Positions 24,941 through 37,159 of a DNA stretch of 64,000 nt are shown piece by piece. The translations under genes were made by a program, and so were the position numbers. Under the pieces are notes generated by a model. It did not search any database. It saw only the letters and a list, made by a program, of their open reading frames with translations, and had not been told where the DNA came from. The stretch covers positions 13,392,001 through 13,456,000 of the forward strand of contig OZ296648.1 of the NCBI GenBank assembly GCA_965655095.1, read 5' to 3'. This stretch comes from Haplodiscus bocki (lineage: Eukaryota). The stretch's first letter is position 1. Each line of letters starts with the position of its first letter.

Positions 24941-26142
24941 TTTGGTTGTGAGTTGAATGGAAATTGTCCACCTCTTGAGCTATTTCTTCCTTTTACTTCA
25001 CAGTTGCGTGCTTTATGATTTGGGTAACCACAAGTGTAACAAACTTTTTGAGAAAATTCGGTGGTTTCAATGTGTCCGTCATAATTTCCAGTATTTACTG
25101 TTGTTTCGTCATTTGATTCGTTTTGTCTGAAGCTATCGTTTTTGTAATTATTGTAGTTCTTGTAATTACTATTGTAATTACTTGAATTTTGTCCACGAGA
25201 ATTTCCTCTATAGTTATATCTCCCGCGATTATTTCCTCTATAATTATTTCCATATCTTCCACGACTATTTCCTCTATATTTATTTCCGCTGTTGTTGTAT
25301 CTACCTCGATGATTACGTCTACCTCTCTGGTATTGATAAATAGTCTGGTAGTTTGATCCTGAATTGTTTGAGAATTGTTGGGTGTTAAATTTTTCAGTGA
25401 GAGCATTCAGTTTCCTTTCTAATGAGGTTTGATTTTCTGACATTTTTGTTATAACGTTCAAAAATTTGTCCGTATTATCATTATTCATTTCATTAAATCC
25501 ATCTCGCGACCAGTCATCTACTGGACAAAGTTCTCTTAAAATCAATCTTTGTCTTGCTTTCGTGCATAGATCTTGGATTGTGGCGTTTTCTGGTTCTTCC
25601 AGGAGTTTAAGTCTGATAAAATTTGGCATTGCTTCCTTGAATAGTCTAATGACGTGTCTATCTCTTTCCATTGTTGCAAAATTTCTCCTCTTCTCATTTG
25701 CTCTGTGTTCTCTATCAACTCTCTGTTGATCATTCTTGACTTCTTCATTGAGTGGCTCAACAGGCAAATCTACTGGTGGAGGATAAGCTTTCATTGCTAA
25801 ATTTTGCAATTTTACCACGAATTCTTCCGGTGAATCGGTTTTGTTGTTAAATTTGAGATTTTCCAAATTGATATGATGGATTTCTTTCAAATTCGGATTA
25901 CAAAAGTGATCTTTCAAGGCGGTCAATGTCAGTTCCAGATCATTTCTGGTTTCGTCATCTAGTGTGTGAAAAAATTGAAGTGCTGCGTCTTGCAGTTGTA
26001 AATTCAAGTAGTCTACTCTTCTGTCTGCGTTTATGTTTGCCACGTCAACTAGGCTACAAAAAAGTGATTCGAAATCTATCCAATTTTCTGTTGAGGAGCC
26101 GCCAAATTTTTGAATCGATACGAATGATGCTGCTGCTGCCAT
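24931..26142 (-). CDS. gag: gag of element 1 (403 aa)
   Basis: Intact ORF after PBS and leader. Retrotransposon capsid-like N-terminus (KFGG..ENWIDFE..F, LQDAALQFF), an RG/N/Y-rich tract and a CCHC knuckle CYTCGYPNHKARNC. Confidence 0.93.
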   Translation of the reverse strand: MAAAASFVSIQKFGGSSTENWIDFESLFCSLVDVANINADRRVDYLNLQLQDAALQFFHTLDDETRNDLELTLTALKDHFCNPNLKEIHHINLENLKFNNKTDSPEEFVVKLQNLAMKAYPPPVDLPVEPLNEEVKNDQQRVDREHRANEKRRNFATMERDRHVIRLFKEAMPNFIRLKLLEEPENATIQDLCTKARQRLILRELCPVDDWSRDGFNEMNNDNTDKFLNVITKMSENQTSLERKLNALTEKFNTQQFSNNSGSNYQTIYQYQRGRRNHRGRYNNSGNKYRGNSRGRYGNNYRGNNRGRYNYRGNSRGQNSSNYNSNYKNYNNYKNDSFRQNESNDETTVNTGNYDGHIETTEFSQKVCYTCGYPNHKARNCEVKGRNSSRGGQFPFNSQPKNA

Positions 26143-26730
26143 ATTTATGAATTTCTCAAAATTCGGCGGTTTGTTTCGAAAAATCTACCGAAAGCGTTCA
26201 ATTTAGGTAAAGTCGGCAAAAAGTCAGAATTTTGTGATACCAAAAAATGAAAGTTAAGAGGCAATGGATAGTGAGAAAAAATAACAACTACTGCTTCAAT
26301 ATCAAATCACTGCATGCGCTCTTTGATAAATGATGATAGGCAATTGATGAATTCAGTGTTTTGAGAACAATTTGAGCGCGTATAAATTTTAGTACTGCTT
26401 AAGATCCTAAGAAAAAGTTTTGTTGGACTTACAGGCTGCTAGAAGTTTGGTGATCTTCACTGATTGTAATTTCTGTGAGAGAAAAATCACGTCACTCAAA
26501 GATCCCAAAAGTTCCTCTGTTCCGGTCACTCGGAATAGCTGTTTTTCGTGTAGGAAGTCGTCTGGGGTTTTAGAAGCGTTCGTCTTGTACACTGTCGTCT
26601 AAGAGTAGCCCTTCTTGTCTTCTTTTTCTCTGTTTGACAAGATCGTACTGATCGTCTGTTTTGTTTCAGATCAACGAATCCAAATGTCTTCTGTTGGGCT
26701 GCTGTTGTTTACAACGTTGGAAATCTTCGT

Positions 26731-26746
26731 CCACGAGCTGTCACCA
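26731..26746 (-). other. Primer binding site of element 1
   Basis: TGGTGACAGCTCGTGG directly after the 5' LTR, with TGG complementary to the tRNA CCA end. The cognate tRNA is uncertain (resembles tRNA-Leu-type PBSs). Confidence 0.8.
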
Positions 26747-27170
26747 TCTAACGTTAGCAACGTTCTTGTTTTATTTTAGAGTTTCAAAATTTGCATAAGG
26801 CGAGAGCGGTTTCAAATCATTCAATTCTACTTTGAGATTTTATGTTCTTTTGGATGCGGGTTCACCGAGTGGATTCCAACGAAGTTCTCAGCAGTTTCAA
26901 CCAATAAGGGTGAGCTTCAGTAGTCAACTTTATTATTCAATATCCAATTTTGTAGTGCTCAAAGTTAAAGATTATCTCGTGTTTATATACAAAGGTTTAA
27001 AGTTCATTAGTTTATCATAATCAGTTAACAGGATATTTAACATTATTATCTTTCTCAGGCATCTTTCTGGCGCCCAATTAAGTTGTTAGTTTTACTTAAG
27101 ATAACATTCCTGGGTCTCTTTCTGAGATTAGCTTCTTGCTTCAGCTATCATCGTAACATGGAATGTGACA
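26747..27170 (-). repeat. 5' LTR of element 1
   Basis: Begins TGTCAC and ends CGTTAGA in element orientation. Contains TATATAAA and a downstream AATAAA. Followed by the PBS. Confidence 0.96.
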
Positions 27171-30100
27171 CACTGTGTGGGAAGCTGATTTCCTGGACGT
27201 CGTGAATTAAGTAGGCGATGTCAAATGGCCATTGACCGAGCTGTCTGTTAGGATGAGGACTCTCAATGGAGCTTGACTATCTTGACAGAAAATAGAAAAC
27301 GTCCATTGCGGCAACATGCTCCGGTTATGTGTAGCGAAAGCTATCATTGAGTTGCTTTCGGTCCACTGACGCTCAAAGCTCCCTCTCAGATTAAAGTCAA
27401 TTGTCGATTGTGCCGAATGGCTCATCTGAGTATTCCTTCCCCCTTCTTGGGGTTTGCAGAGTTTTTTCTAGGATGGATAAGAGCCGAGCCTTTGGTAGGA
27501 TATAGCTATTCCAGGAGTTACCGGGGTGGTTGTTGTCCACAGAGGAACCTAATTCAGCGTCCATTGTTGTCAGTTGATTCGATTTCAAGATCGTTTTACG
27601 ACAGTGGCATTTGCCTTTTTTTCCTTATGCTTGATGGGACGTAGATCATTGGAAGCGAATATGGTTTTTCGGCCACTGCCGACAGTCATTATCGTAACAG
27701 GATGGTTTGCTTGTTCTTTCTCTAGTTAAGCCAAAATGCCGAAATGCTTGGGACTGGAACTGATTTTGAGTTCGATAGGTTTGGTTCCGTAACCGATTTC
27801 ATTTCTTCATATGCATACATTGAGTATTTGATTGTTGCTTCCGAAGCTTTTGCTTAGCGTAAATGAGGAAGTAGCTTTTCGGACATGGTTGATGTGGTGG
27901 TTGATGACCACGTAATGGCAAAAACGTAGGGCAATTCAAAGTGACCGATGAGGTCTCTGCTTGCTTTTGCGTTGTAATTGGTGAATTCTCCTCGAAGAAC
28001 TAGCCACGCCGTAGCCAGGTCCTGACCGGCAAAGGAAATAGCTGCTGCAAGGATTTTCATCTCATTCCGGAAATTCGGCGGCTTTTGGCGACGCTATTGT
28101 GTAGGCTAGATTGGAGCTGAGAGACCTCAATACAACTTTGAATTATTTTGCGTTGAAAAGTGGTCATGGCGAACTCAACGGTAGTTTTCCCGTTGAACTT
28201 GCGATGACGACACCCATTGACTCTGATAACCTTCTTTGAAACTCGGGTGGTTGGACGGGTGTCATTTGATCGCTATCTCAAAAGTTTGCTCAGTCATTGC
28301 CACGCAAGTGGGAACGACTTCAATTAGAGAAAAGGCAACGAGGAGGCAAAGCTAGAGCTGGGAATATTCTTTCATCAAAGCGCTGATTCTCCATTGTGGG
28401 TCGTGACAAACCCATCCCTTTGGATTATAAATCATCAAACTGGTTTTATTTCTCTGGATTCTTTACCCTTTGGAAACGACTATCTGGCACTAACTTTTCT
28501 GGCTTCTGAGTCAACTGGTTACCTGGAGAAGCCTTTCCTATGACTTGCGGACAGAAATGGGATCCCCAGTCAGTATTGGCTAGCCCCTTATAGGCACTCT
28601 GTTAGTATACTTGGGGTTTTAGAGACGCCACACTTTGTCGCCATAGAGGACTTAAAAGTCTGAAAGAAGTAGTTTGTCAATGACTTCAAGATCGGAGCTG
28701 GAGGGATGCATTTGCTCCTCACATTTCCGGGAATAAGAACAATTTTCAAAGCCATCAGGTTGCTCACTCATTATGAGCTTTTACTATTAGTGTTTCAGTC
28801 GAAGCTGATTAGCATAGGTTAAAAGTACAAATGCTGCAAGCACTCATGGAGGATAAAAAAACGCTCATTGTAAGACCAGACAAGATAAATTCAGCGATAG
28901 AGTACCTAGATAAAAGTTGATGATAAGTTTCAAGTTGACAGTTGTGTCACCAAACGCACGAGGAACACAAAGTGAGTCGATGGTTGTATGGTTAAAATAT
29001 CACGCTCCCGGGGTAAATACGGAAAAGATAATCTTTGAAGGTCAATTCATGCGGCTTGCCTTCGATTTTCAGCAAAAAAATACAAAGGACTCGATCGATG
29101 CAAACAGGCACACAAGTTTTAATTTGCACGGGAGAACGACTCAAAATAGCTACTACTATGGAAAGCAATCGTTGAGTAGACAATTTCTCTTGCTGTGTAT
29201 ACTCACTAAAGACGGCTTTGATTCGACATCCTAAGGGTCTAAAAACCACGGGATGGAGAAGAACAAGGTTGAAGACTTCCGTTTGGAAAGCATGATAATC
29301 GAGATGTTTATGGTTTGTGTATCGGTAATCAGTACGTATAGGAACTCTGAAGTTGTGTCCTGTTGGTTTATCAACGTCTACCCGACATATGTGCTAGACT
29401 GCTTCTGTGTTATCATTGAGGGTGTCGAGTTTCCAGTTCACACAAACATTTTATCGAAAAAAAGTGGTGATAAATTCAGCCAAGAACGATGGTTCTAATA
29501 ACCAGCAGATCTATTGTTCAAAGAAGACTACCCAAATTACTGACCGGAAAAAAGGAGGTCCAGACAAATTCTATTTTTTTTTTGGAAATTCACGCCAGAA
29601 AAACAACTATACGCGGCGTTGATCCTATGAATGGCTACATTGTTGGAGACGCAAATAGTTCTTTCCGTGAAGTAGCTGCAGAATGATTGGTAGAGTCACC
29701 TTTTCCGTGTTGGTTTTGAGATAAAAACATCTACCTCTCACTAAAGTTCTATCCAATCGTTTTAACTTCATTGGTTCACCATCACCTAGAACGTCAGTTA
29801 GCTTCAGTGACGCTGGAGACGCTTATTGAGCAGTTCGTTTGTTTTTGGTTGGTTCTTCTTCGGAGGTACGGCAAAAATGTACGCAAAGGCTGTCGAAACA
29901 TGTATGACTTGTTGACTTAAGATTATTTGGTTCGGAGAGACTCATGCATCCTCAAAGCAGAAAGATCGCTTTTCATATAAAAAACTTTGTACGTCTACAG
30001 AAGTTTCGCAGTATCAAACACGATACTAGAAACGGTGGGGTAGATTTGTACTCCTATCGAACATATATTTTCGGTTGCTAGCTCTAGGTCCTCACCGGAC

Positions 30101-31122
30101 AAAATCGTGTCTGTCTTCACTGTGTTGAATCGTGTCGAAAGAGCTCAGACAGAATTTCGGGTGCCCGTCCTCGGCTGAGAGTAGCTGCTGTGTTCGTCTA
30201 CGCTTCTGGTTCTTTGGATTACCAGCAGAAGAAGATTCACACAGCTGAAAGACGTTTTTTATTCCAGTGGATTGTGTGCCGATCTTATCATTCAGACGTC
30301 CATTGGAACTTTCCGGAAGGAATTTCGTTGATTATTTGAGTGTAAAGTTGGTTATTCGACATTGGCCAGTATGTCTTGGTCAAAATCATCGAAGGAGACT
30401 GTTTCGGTTTTTGAGTCTCATGATTCACTGTTTGATACAGCAAATTGGGGTCGTGGCTATAATCGGTAAGATTTTTTTGGAGGCCACTTGAGTTTCTGAC
30501 AGTTGATTTGGTGATCGATGGTCAGACATAGTTTTTCTGAATTTGTCTGATTCCGGGAAGAATGCATAAAAAAACCATTCCTGGTTTCTCTAAAGAGATG
30601 TGCGCGTCAAATTCATGAGACTCGATTTCGTACTTTGCAGAAAGGGTTCTTTAATGCAAGCCGCATCCGTTTTTGGTTGTACTGAAACTTAGGTTCCAAG
30701 TGGCTGCAAATTACATCGGAAGTTTCTAATCAGAAGCCAGAGGAACAAGTTTTTCCTGGTGGAAGTTTTTTGCATCTGTCAATATAGCGGATCCACACAA
30801 GGCATATCAAATTCAATGTTTCCGATTTCGAGTTATCTAGTCAACCGGATTGTGGAATTAGAATTTCAATCGTTCGTGAGCATTTTTTTTCGGAAAGCTT
30901 GTACCATATTCAATTGTGGTGTGTTTTAGTGACTTATTGGCCGTCATCAATTGCGAAGGTTTCTTTCGTAGCCGTGTGTCAGGTAAAGCTCCAGTGAACA
31001 ACCAGAGTAAGTGTCAGACCGTGTTGGCGAAAGCCTTCTTAAGGCTGTTGTTGACATTTTTTTTTCGTTGGGCGGGTTGAGTTTTGTATCTTGCTCCTTG
31101 GTAAAACTTTTGATGTCTTTTC

Positions 31123-31380
31123 TAGGTTTACATGATAAAAAATTGTTTGCTTCCGAATCATTGAAGAAGAAAGTCAAGGAAAATCTGTCCACGAGCTGTT
31201 GTTCATCATAACCGGTCAGCAGTTTATTTTACCGATAAGCCTTTAACTATTCATTGTAGAATGCGCAGCCAGCGATATGTCCGACCCAGTAACTTCAAGG
31301 TTTTCATCATAGTCAAGAGGATGTCATGGGTGGCACAGCGGAAGAAATCAAGTAGATTGTTTGCTACTTTTTGCAACCAA
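31123..31380 (+). repeat. ~258-bp direct repeat, copy 1 (copy 2 at 32366-32622)
   Basis: TAGGTTTACATGATAAAA...TTTTTGCAACCAA occurs twice with few differences and brackets the LINE fragment. Confidence 0.9.
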
Positions 31381-32357
31381 GAAGAAAGAAGAAAAAGGAA
31401 AGAAGAAGAAAGCCTAATTGTTGTGATAAACTTATTAAAAAGTGTGTTTCATATCTGATGGCGGCTGCGAGGGGCCGCCGTGTTGGCTCCGTATCGGAGG
31501 ACAACTGTGTCAAATGCAAGAAAAAGAGCGGTGGCTGCTGGTTTCAATGCGATGCTTGCGACTCCTGGACCCACGCAGAGTGTATGTCTATAACAGCAGA
31601 TGAGTACCAAACGCTGAAGAAGTTTCCAAACTTCAGATACTATTGTGACTATTGTTTCAGGAAGACAACTGTCAATGCCACATTGCAATGCGCAGAAATA
31701 AAGAACAATTTGTCGTCCCTTGAAAAGAAAGTCAAAAAAGCACTTCAATTCGTCGAGAAAAAAGTGAATGAAAGTGAAGTGAAGACTCCCGAAAACGTAC
31801 GCAAACAACATTCACAAGACTGTAGTACCGGCATTCGAATTCAAAACGTCTTGAAAATTGCATCACGAAATTCAGCGCAGAGGCTTCAGCACGACATGAA
31901 GCACGTCATGGCTATTTTGAAACATACAATTGGCGAAGAACCCACTATTTCCGACTGTTTCCGAATTGGTAAATATGACGAAACCAAGCGAAGAGGCATC
32001 ATCGTGAAGCTCTCAATTATTTGGACGACACGAAAAATTCTGGCAAATTCTCACCATATGAAAGATTAACCAGCTGATTACCGTGCTTTTATATCACGTG
32101 AATTAACACACGAAGACCGTATAATAGAAAGAAATCTCCTTGAGAAGCGTCGCGATCTCATTGAAAATGGAACAAAAAGGACGTCTATCAGAATTCGTAA
32201 TTTGAAACTCTATGTTGATGGAAATGAGCAACCGGCAAAATTATGACAACCAACATACTGCAATTTGATGTTGATTAACGCTCGCTCAGTTAAGAAACCC
32301 AACGCTGTTTTCCATTTATCCACTGATCTTGCTGCACAATCTATAGACTGGTGTTTT
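31381..32357 (+). mobile_element. 5' fragment of a CR1/L2-group LINE: PHD-finger ORF1 plus start of the APE endonuclease
   Basis: PHD C4HC3 CVKC...QCDACDSWTHAEC...YYCDYC, a coiled coil and FRIGKY...RGIIVKL. After one internal stop it continues FISRELT..DR...LLEKRR to 32246. It is followed by the ORF2-type start LMLINARSV, which is cut off at ~32357. Confidence 0.85.
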
Positions 32358-32365
32358 AGGTTCTA

Positions 32366-32622
32366 TAGGTTTACATGATAAAATATTGTTTGCTTCTGAA
32401 TCATTGAAGAAGAAAGTCAAGGAAAATCTGTCCACGAGCTGTTGTTCATCATAACCGGTCAGCAGTTTATTTTACCGATAAGCCTTTAACTATTCATTGT
32501 AGCATGAGCAGCGATGTGTCCGACCCAGTAACTTCATCAAGGTTTTCATCATAGTCAAGAGGATGTCATGGGTGGCAACGCGGAAGAAATCAAGTAGATT
32601 GTTTGCTCCTTTTTGCAACCAA
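32366..32622 (+). repeat. ~257-bp direct repeat, copy 2
   Basis: Matches 31123-31380. Confidence 0.9.
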
Positions 32623-35600
32623 CCGGCTGATTGGTGGGTGTGCCGCTATAGAAAAGACCAGGCGTAACCTGATTTGACAGCAGGAAGAACTCTTTAGCTT
32701 CGGCCGAAATCTGTGGTCAGTTTTCAAATCAGACAGAAACTGCAGTTCGAAAGAGTGAGAACTGTTTTTTTAAATCATCAAGTTGCAGGTTTCTTGTGCA
32801 TTGACCCCACTGCATGAGGCCGATTCAACCAGCTTAGTTAGGGGACTGATCAAGACCAGGATGTGAGAGTTTTCTTTAGTTCTATGAGAAACGTTTAAAT
32901 TGTTCACCGGCAGAAATTCGCTGAGTCGACTTGCTTTGAGTGACTTTAAAAGCGAGTTGATTTGGACTACCGAGCCCTATGTTTGATGGCAGTTACGATG
33001 TGTGGCAAACGAGATTTTGGCTTGTTCTGTTCATGAAAGCAACGCTACCAGAGTTAATCAGAAGTTGATCTTTGCGTCTATATTTGCAGCAAATGCCGAG
33101 ACTTCTCAGAGTATAGTAGCCGAAACGAAGATCTAATGTTAACTTATTTGTTGAGTCTTTTTCGTTATAAACTCTTCATTATCTAAGCTGTGATTACTAC
33201 AGCGGATTAGTGTTGGGGCGAAAATGTCGAACTTGACACTTTATTGAGGTCACTTGACACTTTAAAAAGAAAAAAGTCTTCTTTCATTGAGGCGTCTGAG
33301 ATATGTGGCTGAGCTCTTTCCAAGAACCTGAGGTCACATTGTGTCTATTCTACTGCTTTCTGGGGTTCAACCGTCTTGTTAGAAGCGGTAGCTCGCTCTC
33401 TACAGCTTGTGGTTAATCCTAATTGCGCGGCTATTTGTGGGTAAAAGCTGCCCAAATCCGTGTGTCTACTACGAGGTTTAACTATACAGACCATGTCAGA
33501 ACAGCTTGAATTCTCTTCTGACGCCATAGACTCCGAAAAAATGACATTTTTGTCAAAATTGTCAATTGTTGATTCGTGCGACTTTCATAGTCCCTCATTC
33601 CCAAAGAAAAGGAACATTCTCTTCGTTCCTGATGACTGCGTTAGTTCACTGACATTTCTTACACTATTTAACAATTTTCGATCGTTTTCCAAATTCTGAT
33701 CCTACTTCGGGCGTTTCACTTTTCTTTTATGGTTTGCTGGTTCTGGATTCCATTTTTTTACTTTGTTTACGATTTAAGACTCAGAAAGGAGGTCTTAGAG
33801 GGTGTCAGAATAGAGGGATTTTTCATGGTAAAATAAAGATAATGCTTTTCAATGAGTTCAAGGGTGGAAAATATGCACGCCTGATCACAATTTTTTGAAG
33901 GGGTTTCACATCAACATATGATTGAGATCAGTAGATTAGGCCAAAACTCAGTTTAGATCAACTTCGTGCGATGAAATTTCATTCCTCTTCCAATTCGAAT
34001 TCCTCGCTTCAAAGGCACATCCTATTCCTGTGTCTACTTCTCAGGAGCCGGAAGTTATCTTTGAAAATCCAATTGATCCTTAGCTTGCTCCTCATGTTCA
34101 TGTGATTTTGAGAGTTTCAAAAAACTTTGTGTGACGGTTACGACACAATGAGATAACATGTTACTCAGAGTTGAAATTCTATTCTGCTGACATTGGCTCA
34201 TAATCAAAATTTTTCTAGTGATTGAAAGCTTTCACTGGTCCAATTTGTTCAACCTCATTCTGTTAATTTGTGGTGGTGTGCTTTCATTTGTGGGGTTAGT
34301 ACCATCTGACGTTGTGTGGGGAAAAGCTTGCTCTCCGATTTCTATTGTCTCAAAACGTTTCAAAATCGGCTATCTCGAGCGCCTGGAGCAGCGCGGTTTT
34401 CAGTTGAAAAAAACTGCAAAGGCTATCAAAAGATAGCTGAATTGTGGTAGTGGGAAAGTTGATACCCTCCAGTGAGTTTATTTCCTCGCCATACGGTTCC
34501 GCATGATTTGGACTTCCATCCCTAGGATGTTGCTGATTTCACTAGATTTCTGCCCATAATCTGTCAGTTTTGCTCCAAATGATCTGCAACGTGGCATACG
34601 AGCACTCAGGGGGTGACCAATTGCGAAAAAATGAACCACACCTTGGATGGGTCTGTCCACACGTCGGTCTGGAAAACAATGGTTGCACTTCAAATTAGGG
34701 TATTCTCAAGGTGTTTTGGTCGTTTTGCTGCAACCAACCGTCCATACTATCGGCAATTTGCCCCATCCTTGTGTTTTGCGTAACCAAGCTCCAACATAGT
34801 CCTTTTAGGTTTCTGCTGGGGTCCGAAGGCGTTTCACTGAGAGTTACTAACATGCCGAACTTGCATCCCAAATTGCATTGTAGCCCAACTGCAGATAAAT
34901 GTTTTCAACTTTTTTTCCAATCCTGGTTTAACGGGCCCTAAGGATGGCCTCCGAGTTCAAAAAACTTTGTTGACCCTGAATCAGACCACAAAAGTTTTGC
35001 GTTGGAGTCTCTTTACTGGAGGTTATGACCGACAAAATAAACTAATTCCAATTTTTTAAAAGTTTCTTTCCGATGAAAAATCCGATCGGGCTGAAACTTT
35101 CAAGAATAGTTCGTCACATTGTTTGGAAGCTGTTCCAAGACTAGCAAATGTCCAAGTCTTCCATGTTCTTTATCCGGGTTTGAGATTGCCCTAGCGAAGG
35201 AAAGGCTCCGGATCAGATTTTCTTTGGGTAGATTCTGAGCCCTTTGGAATCACTGTAAGAGTACATAAGCAAAAGTTACGGTCAGTTTAACGCATTTGGT
35301 TCTGATATGATGAAGCGAGGCTTTCAAAAAAAGGGGGGAAATGCCTGTTTGAGCACAAATTCAAGTCACGACATGAATTCTTCGGGGACTTTTTTTTTAT
35401 AAATTTTCATTTCTACCAAAAATTTCAGGTAAAAAACAATCCATATCAGTCGGTACAAAGTTTACACTACGTTCACGCAGGCGGACAACAGAAGTTCCGT
35501 TACCGTTTCCTTCCTACCTTTGAGGTCCTGCAATCCATGTTCAGTTCCAAAGAGGAAAAGCAACTTCTATGAAAAGACAACAAATAGCCCTAGCATGCAA

Positions 35601-35735
35601 ATTCTTACAACCTATTGTTGTGATGTAAGATAAGTGGCTGCAAAACCTTCCTCTGAGCAACAAAACCACTCAGCGGCAAAAATGAGAGTTCAACAAAAAA
35701 ATTGATATGAAATCAAATCTTCCTACAGAAGTCTA

Positions 35736-36206
35736 AAGAAAATAACAACTACTGCTTCAATATCGAATCACTGCATGCGCTCCTTGATAAATGATGATAG
35801 GCAATTGATGAACTCAGTATTTTGCGAACAACTTGAGCGCTTATGATTTTTAGCACTGCTTAAGATCCTAAAAAGATTTTGTTGGACTTAGAGGCTGCTA
35901 AATGTTTGTTAATTTTCACTGATTGTAGTTTCTGTGAAAGAAAAATCACGTCACTCAAAAAATCCCAAAAAATCCTCTATTCCGGCCACTCGGAATAGCT
36001 GTTTTTCGAATAGGGTGCCATCTGGGGTTTTAGTAGCGTTCGTCTTGTAACCTGTCTTCTAAGAGTAGTCCTTCTTGTCTTCTTTTTCGTTGTTTGACAA
36101 GATCGTACAGCTCGTCTGTTCTATTTCACATCAACGAATACAGTTGTCTTCTGTTGGGCTGCTGTGGTTTACAACGTTCGAGATCTTCGTCCACGAGCTG
36201 TCACCA
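35736..36206 (-). mobile_element. Extra PBS plus 5' leader of the element 2 family, truncated, downstream of the LTR at 36207
   Basis: Near-identical to 51623-52093, including PBS TGGTGACAGCTCGTGG abutting the LTR. Confidence 0.9.
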
Positions 36207-36642
36207 TCTAACGTTATCAACGTTCTTGTTTTGATTTAGTTTTGTAATTTACTCATGAGGCGACAGCGGTTTTTGATTATTTAATTCTACTTTAAGATTT
36301 TATGTTCTTCTGGATGCGGGTTCACCGAGTGGATTCCAACGAAGTTCTCAGCAGCTTGAGCCAAAAGGGTGAGTATCAGTAATCAACTTTATTATTTAAT
36401 ATCCAAATTTTGTAGTGACCAAAGTTAAAGATTATGTCGTATTTATATACAAAGGTTTAAAGTTCATTAGTTTATCATAATCAGTCAACAGGAAATTTGA
36501 CAATTTTGTTTTTCTCAGGCATCTCTCTGGCGCCCAATTAAGTTGTCAGTTTAACTTAAGAATGATTTCTTGGGGCTCTTTCTGGGATAAATTTCTTGCT
36601 TCAGCTGTCAACGTAACTGTCATCGGAACATGGAATGTTACA
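36207..36642 (-). repeat. 3' (shared) LTR of element 2
   Basis: Direct repeat of 52094-52531, flanked by a PPT on one side and a PBS on the other. Confidence 0.93.
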
Positions 36643-37159
36643 CTACTCTCCTTTCTTTCACTGCGACGCCGATGGAGATATCCCAATGTTTGAGAATGCG
36701 AAGGAAGGAGTGCCCAGGAGATTGAAAGCTGAACCATTTGCCAATATTGGTGGGAATACATCCATGAACAAATTTGAAAGAAGCAAGAACCATGTGAGAG
36801 TCCCAGAAAGAGAAAGCAAGTTATGTATTCCAACACAGTTGAAGTTTGAAGTATCCAGAAAAATTGAGGTTTCTCAACCCAAAAAATTTCAAAGAAAATC
36901 CAGAGTATAAAATGTCGAAAGTTTTGTCCGGAAAACAACCATCCAGTCTAAGGAGAAATCTTATGTTTTTGATAAATATAAATATGCACCTACAGTTGAA
37001 TTGAGAGGAAAAAAATGATTTCAGTTGAGCTATCTGAGAAAATTGATTATTGATTGAGCAATTGAATAGATAAAAAAGAATAGATCTGGTCCCTTTTCCA
37101 AAAGCTGGAACAGACTGCGTAAGATTGAGTGTTACTCTTTTTTTTGTTTATCCGGGATG

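Larger units (their letters stand above)
13892..27170 (-). mobile_element. Element 1: full-length env-bearing Ty3/Gypsy LTR retroelement, 13,279 bp
   Basis: Two 424-bp LTRs, 5-bp TSD CACTG (13887-13891 and 27171-27175), PBS and PPT. Domain order gag-PR-RT-RH-IN, then accessory ORFs and env. Confidence 0.97.

Noticed and set aside
25095-25406. Ile/Glu-rich alternative-frame ORF in gag (also 50444-50770)
   Set aside because: A by-product of the repetitive RG/N/Y tract in gag.
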